IMG/VR virus record: IMGVR_UViG_3300037786_000034 | Span: 1 to 25,448 of that record | Reading direction: 5' to 3' (one strand) | From: a virus | Taxonomy: Duplodnaviria; Caudoviricetes | DNA: 25,448 nt | In this document: one piece after another, positions 24,503 through 25,448 of the stretch | How the letters are laid out: every line of letters begins with the position of its first letter | Numbering within the stretch: position 1 is the first letter of the stretch | Translations under genes and position numbers: made by a program | Notes under the pieces: model-generated | Told to the model about the DNA's origin: nothing | Databases searched by the model: none | What the model saw: the letters and a program-made list of their open reading frames with translations, nothing else

Positions 24503-24756
24503 GTGCCATCCTGACCATGCTATTCGCGGGCCTTGGTCGGCGCTTCGCCTACTGGAGCGCGCTCATTGCGGCCTTGGGCATCGCCGTCTGGATCCTGCTC
24601 CGGCAGGGCAAGCACGCCGCAGAGGCCGACCTCGCCATCCGCCGCGCCGATGCCCGTGTTCGCGCGCTGCAAACGTCCAAGGAAATCCGCCATGACCTTC
24701 AGAACACTGATCGTGCCGATCTTGAGCGTCGTGCTGACCGCTGGATGCGCGATTGA
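24499..24756 (+). CDS. i-spanin (Rz-like), putative
   Basis: N-terminal TM segment then a helical charged domain; follows the endolysin; overlaps a lipoprotein gene. Confidence 0.72.
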   Translation: MSAILTMLFAGLGRRFAYWSALIAALGIAVWILLRQGKHAAEADLAIRRADARVRALQTSKEIRHDLQNTDRADLERRADRWMRD

Positions 24757-24895
24757 CCCGCGGGGGTTGCGGGGCGATTGCGATTGGGCCGAGCCTATTC
24801 ACCCCTCACGCCAGGACCTGCTGAGCGACGACACTCTGGCGCAGATCCTCGCCCATAACGAAGTCGGCGCGCGGCTTTGCGGGTGGCAGCCATGA
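24692..24895 (+). CDS. o-spanin (Rz1-like lipoprotein), putative
   Basis: MTFRTLIVPILSVVLTAG^C lipobox, AAGGA SD, start inside the i-spanin gene in another frame; CDW..PI and HNE....CGW motifs. Confidence 0.75.
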   Translation: MTFRTLIVPILSVVLTAGCAIDPRGLRGDCDWAEPIHPSRQDLLSDDTLAQILAHNEVGARLCGWQP

Positions 24896-25245
24896 CGGTG
24901 GCCACCTTGAGTGAAGGCCCAGCCATCCTCATCGGATACGCTTGGCGACTGCAGATTGAAGCGGAGGCGCCGGTCTTTGCCGAGGGCGCAAGCTATACCG
25001 GCCATCTGCGCCTCAAACCGAGTGATCCGACGCTGCTTGCAGAACTCTCAAGCGCTGATGGCGGGATAGAGCAGATCACCGACACCGTGTTGGAACTGTC
25101 TCTAACCCCTTCTCAAACAGCAGGGCTCACGCCCGGCCGTGTAGTGCTGGACTTGGTGCGCACCGATCTCGAGCCAGACCTGCACTTGGGCTTTCTCATT
25201 GAGATCCCCGTGATGCTGCCGGTGACGAGAGGACTGAGCCCATGA
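24892..25245 (+). CDS. hypothetical beta-rich phage structural protein
   Basis: ATGA coupling; LSLTPSQTAGL..G...LDL pattern reminiscent of baseplate/fibre-attachment domains. Confidence 0.7.
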   Translation: MTVATLSEGPAILIGYAWRLQIEAEAPVFAEGASYTGHLRLKPSDPTLLAELSSADGGIEQITDTVLELSLTPSQTAGLTPGRVVLDLVRTDLEPDLHLGFLIEIPVMLPVTRGLSP

Positions 25246-25448
25246 GTGCAGCGGTCCCGCAAACAGGTCCGATCACTATCACTGCGCCGATCAAGGTGCG
25301 TGTTGTCTCAGGGCCCTTCCGCATACGCCTTGGCGGCCAGCCAGGACCGCAGGGGGCGACAGGCCCACAAGGCGACAAAGGCGATCAAGGTGATCCGGGC
25401 ATCACAATCCTGCCCACCGACGCCCCCATCAATGGAGGATTTTTCTGA
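25242..25448 (+). CDS. short collagen-like (Gly-X-Y) protein
   Basis: GQP GPQ GAT GPQ GDK GDQ GDP G; ends INGGFF*; ATGA overlap. Confidence 0.75.
   Translation: MSAAVPQTGPITITAPIKVRVVSGPFRIRLGGQPGPQGATGPQGDKGDQGDPGITILPTDAPINGGFF

Larger units (their letters stand above)
1..25448 (+). mobile_element. lambda-like prophage, packaging to lysis region (ends not in window)
   Basis: Complete, colinear head-tail-lysis gene order with no visible disabling stops. Confidence 0.95.

Overview
High-GC, lambda-like (siphovirus) prophage late region, most likely from a Rhodobacterales-type alphaproteobacterium (inferred from GC content and gene families, not proven). From left to right: a candidate cos/packaging site with iterated 8-10 bp motifs and an IHF-like box (12-246); a ParB-domain/DNA methyltransferase fusion; a leftward cassette of six small unknown genes including a DUF3489-like one; then terS, terL (GpA), gpW, lambda-type portal, S49 protease with nested scaffold, decoration protein, major capsid, head-tail connectors, tail tube, frameshifted tail chaperones, tape measure, tail tip genes, an S74-chaperone tail fibre, holin, endolysin, spanin pair and two further structural-looking genes. 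Three insertions interrupt the morphogenesis operon: an antisense unknown gene, an antisense acyl carrier protein with an altered phosphopantetheinylation motif (NSL instead of DSL), and a roughly 290 bp structured non-coding stretch. No integrase, repressor, replication genes, tRNA, rRNA or CRISPR array is visible. All family assignments come from motif recognition and gene order; no searches were run.
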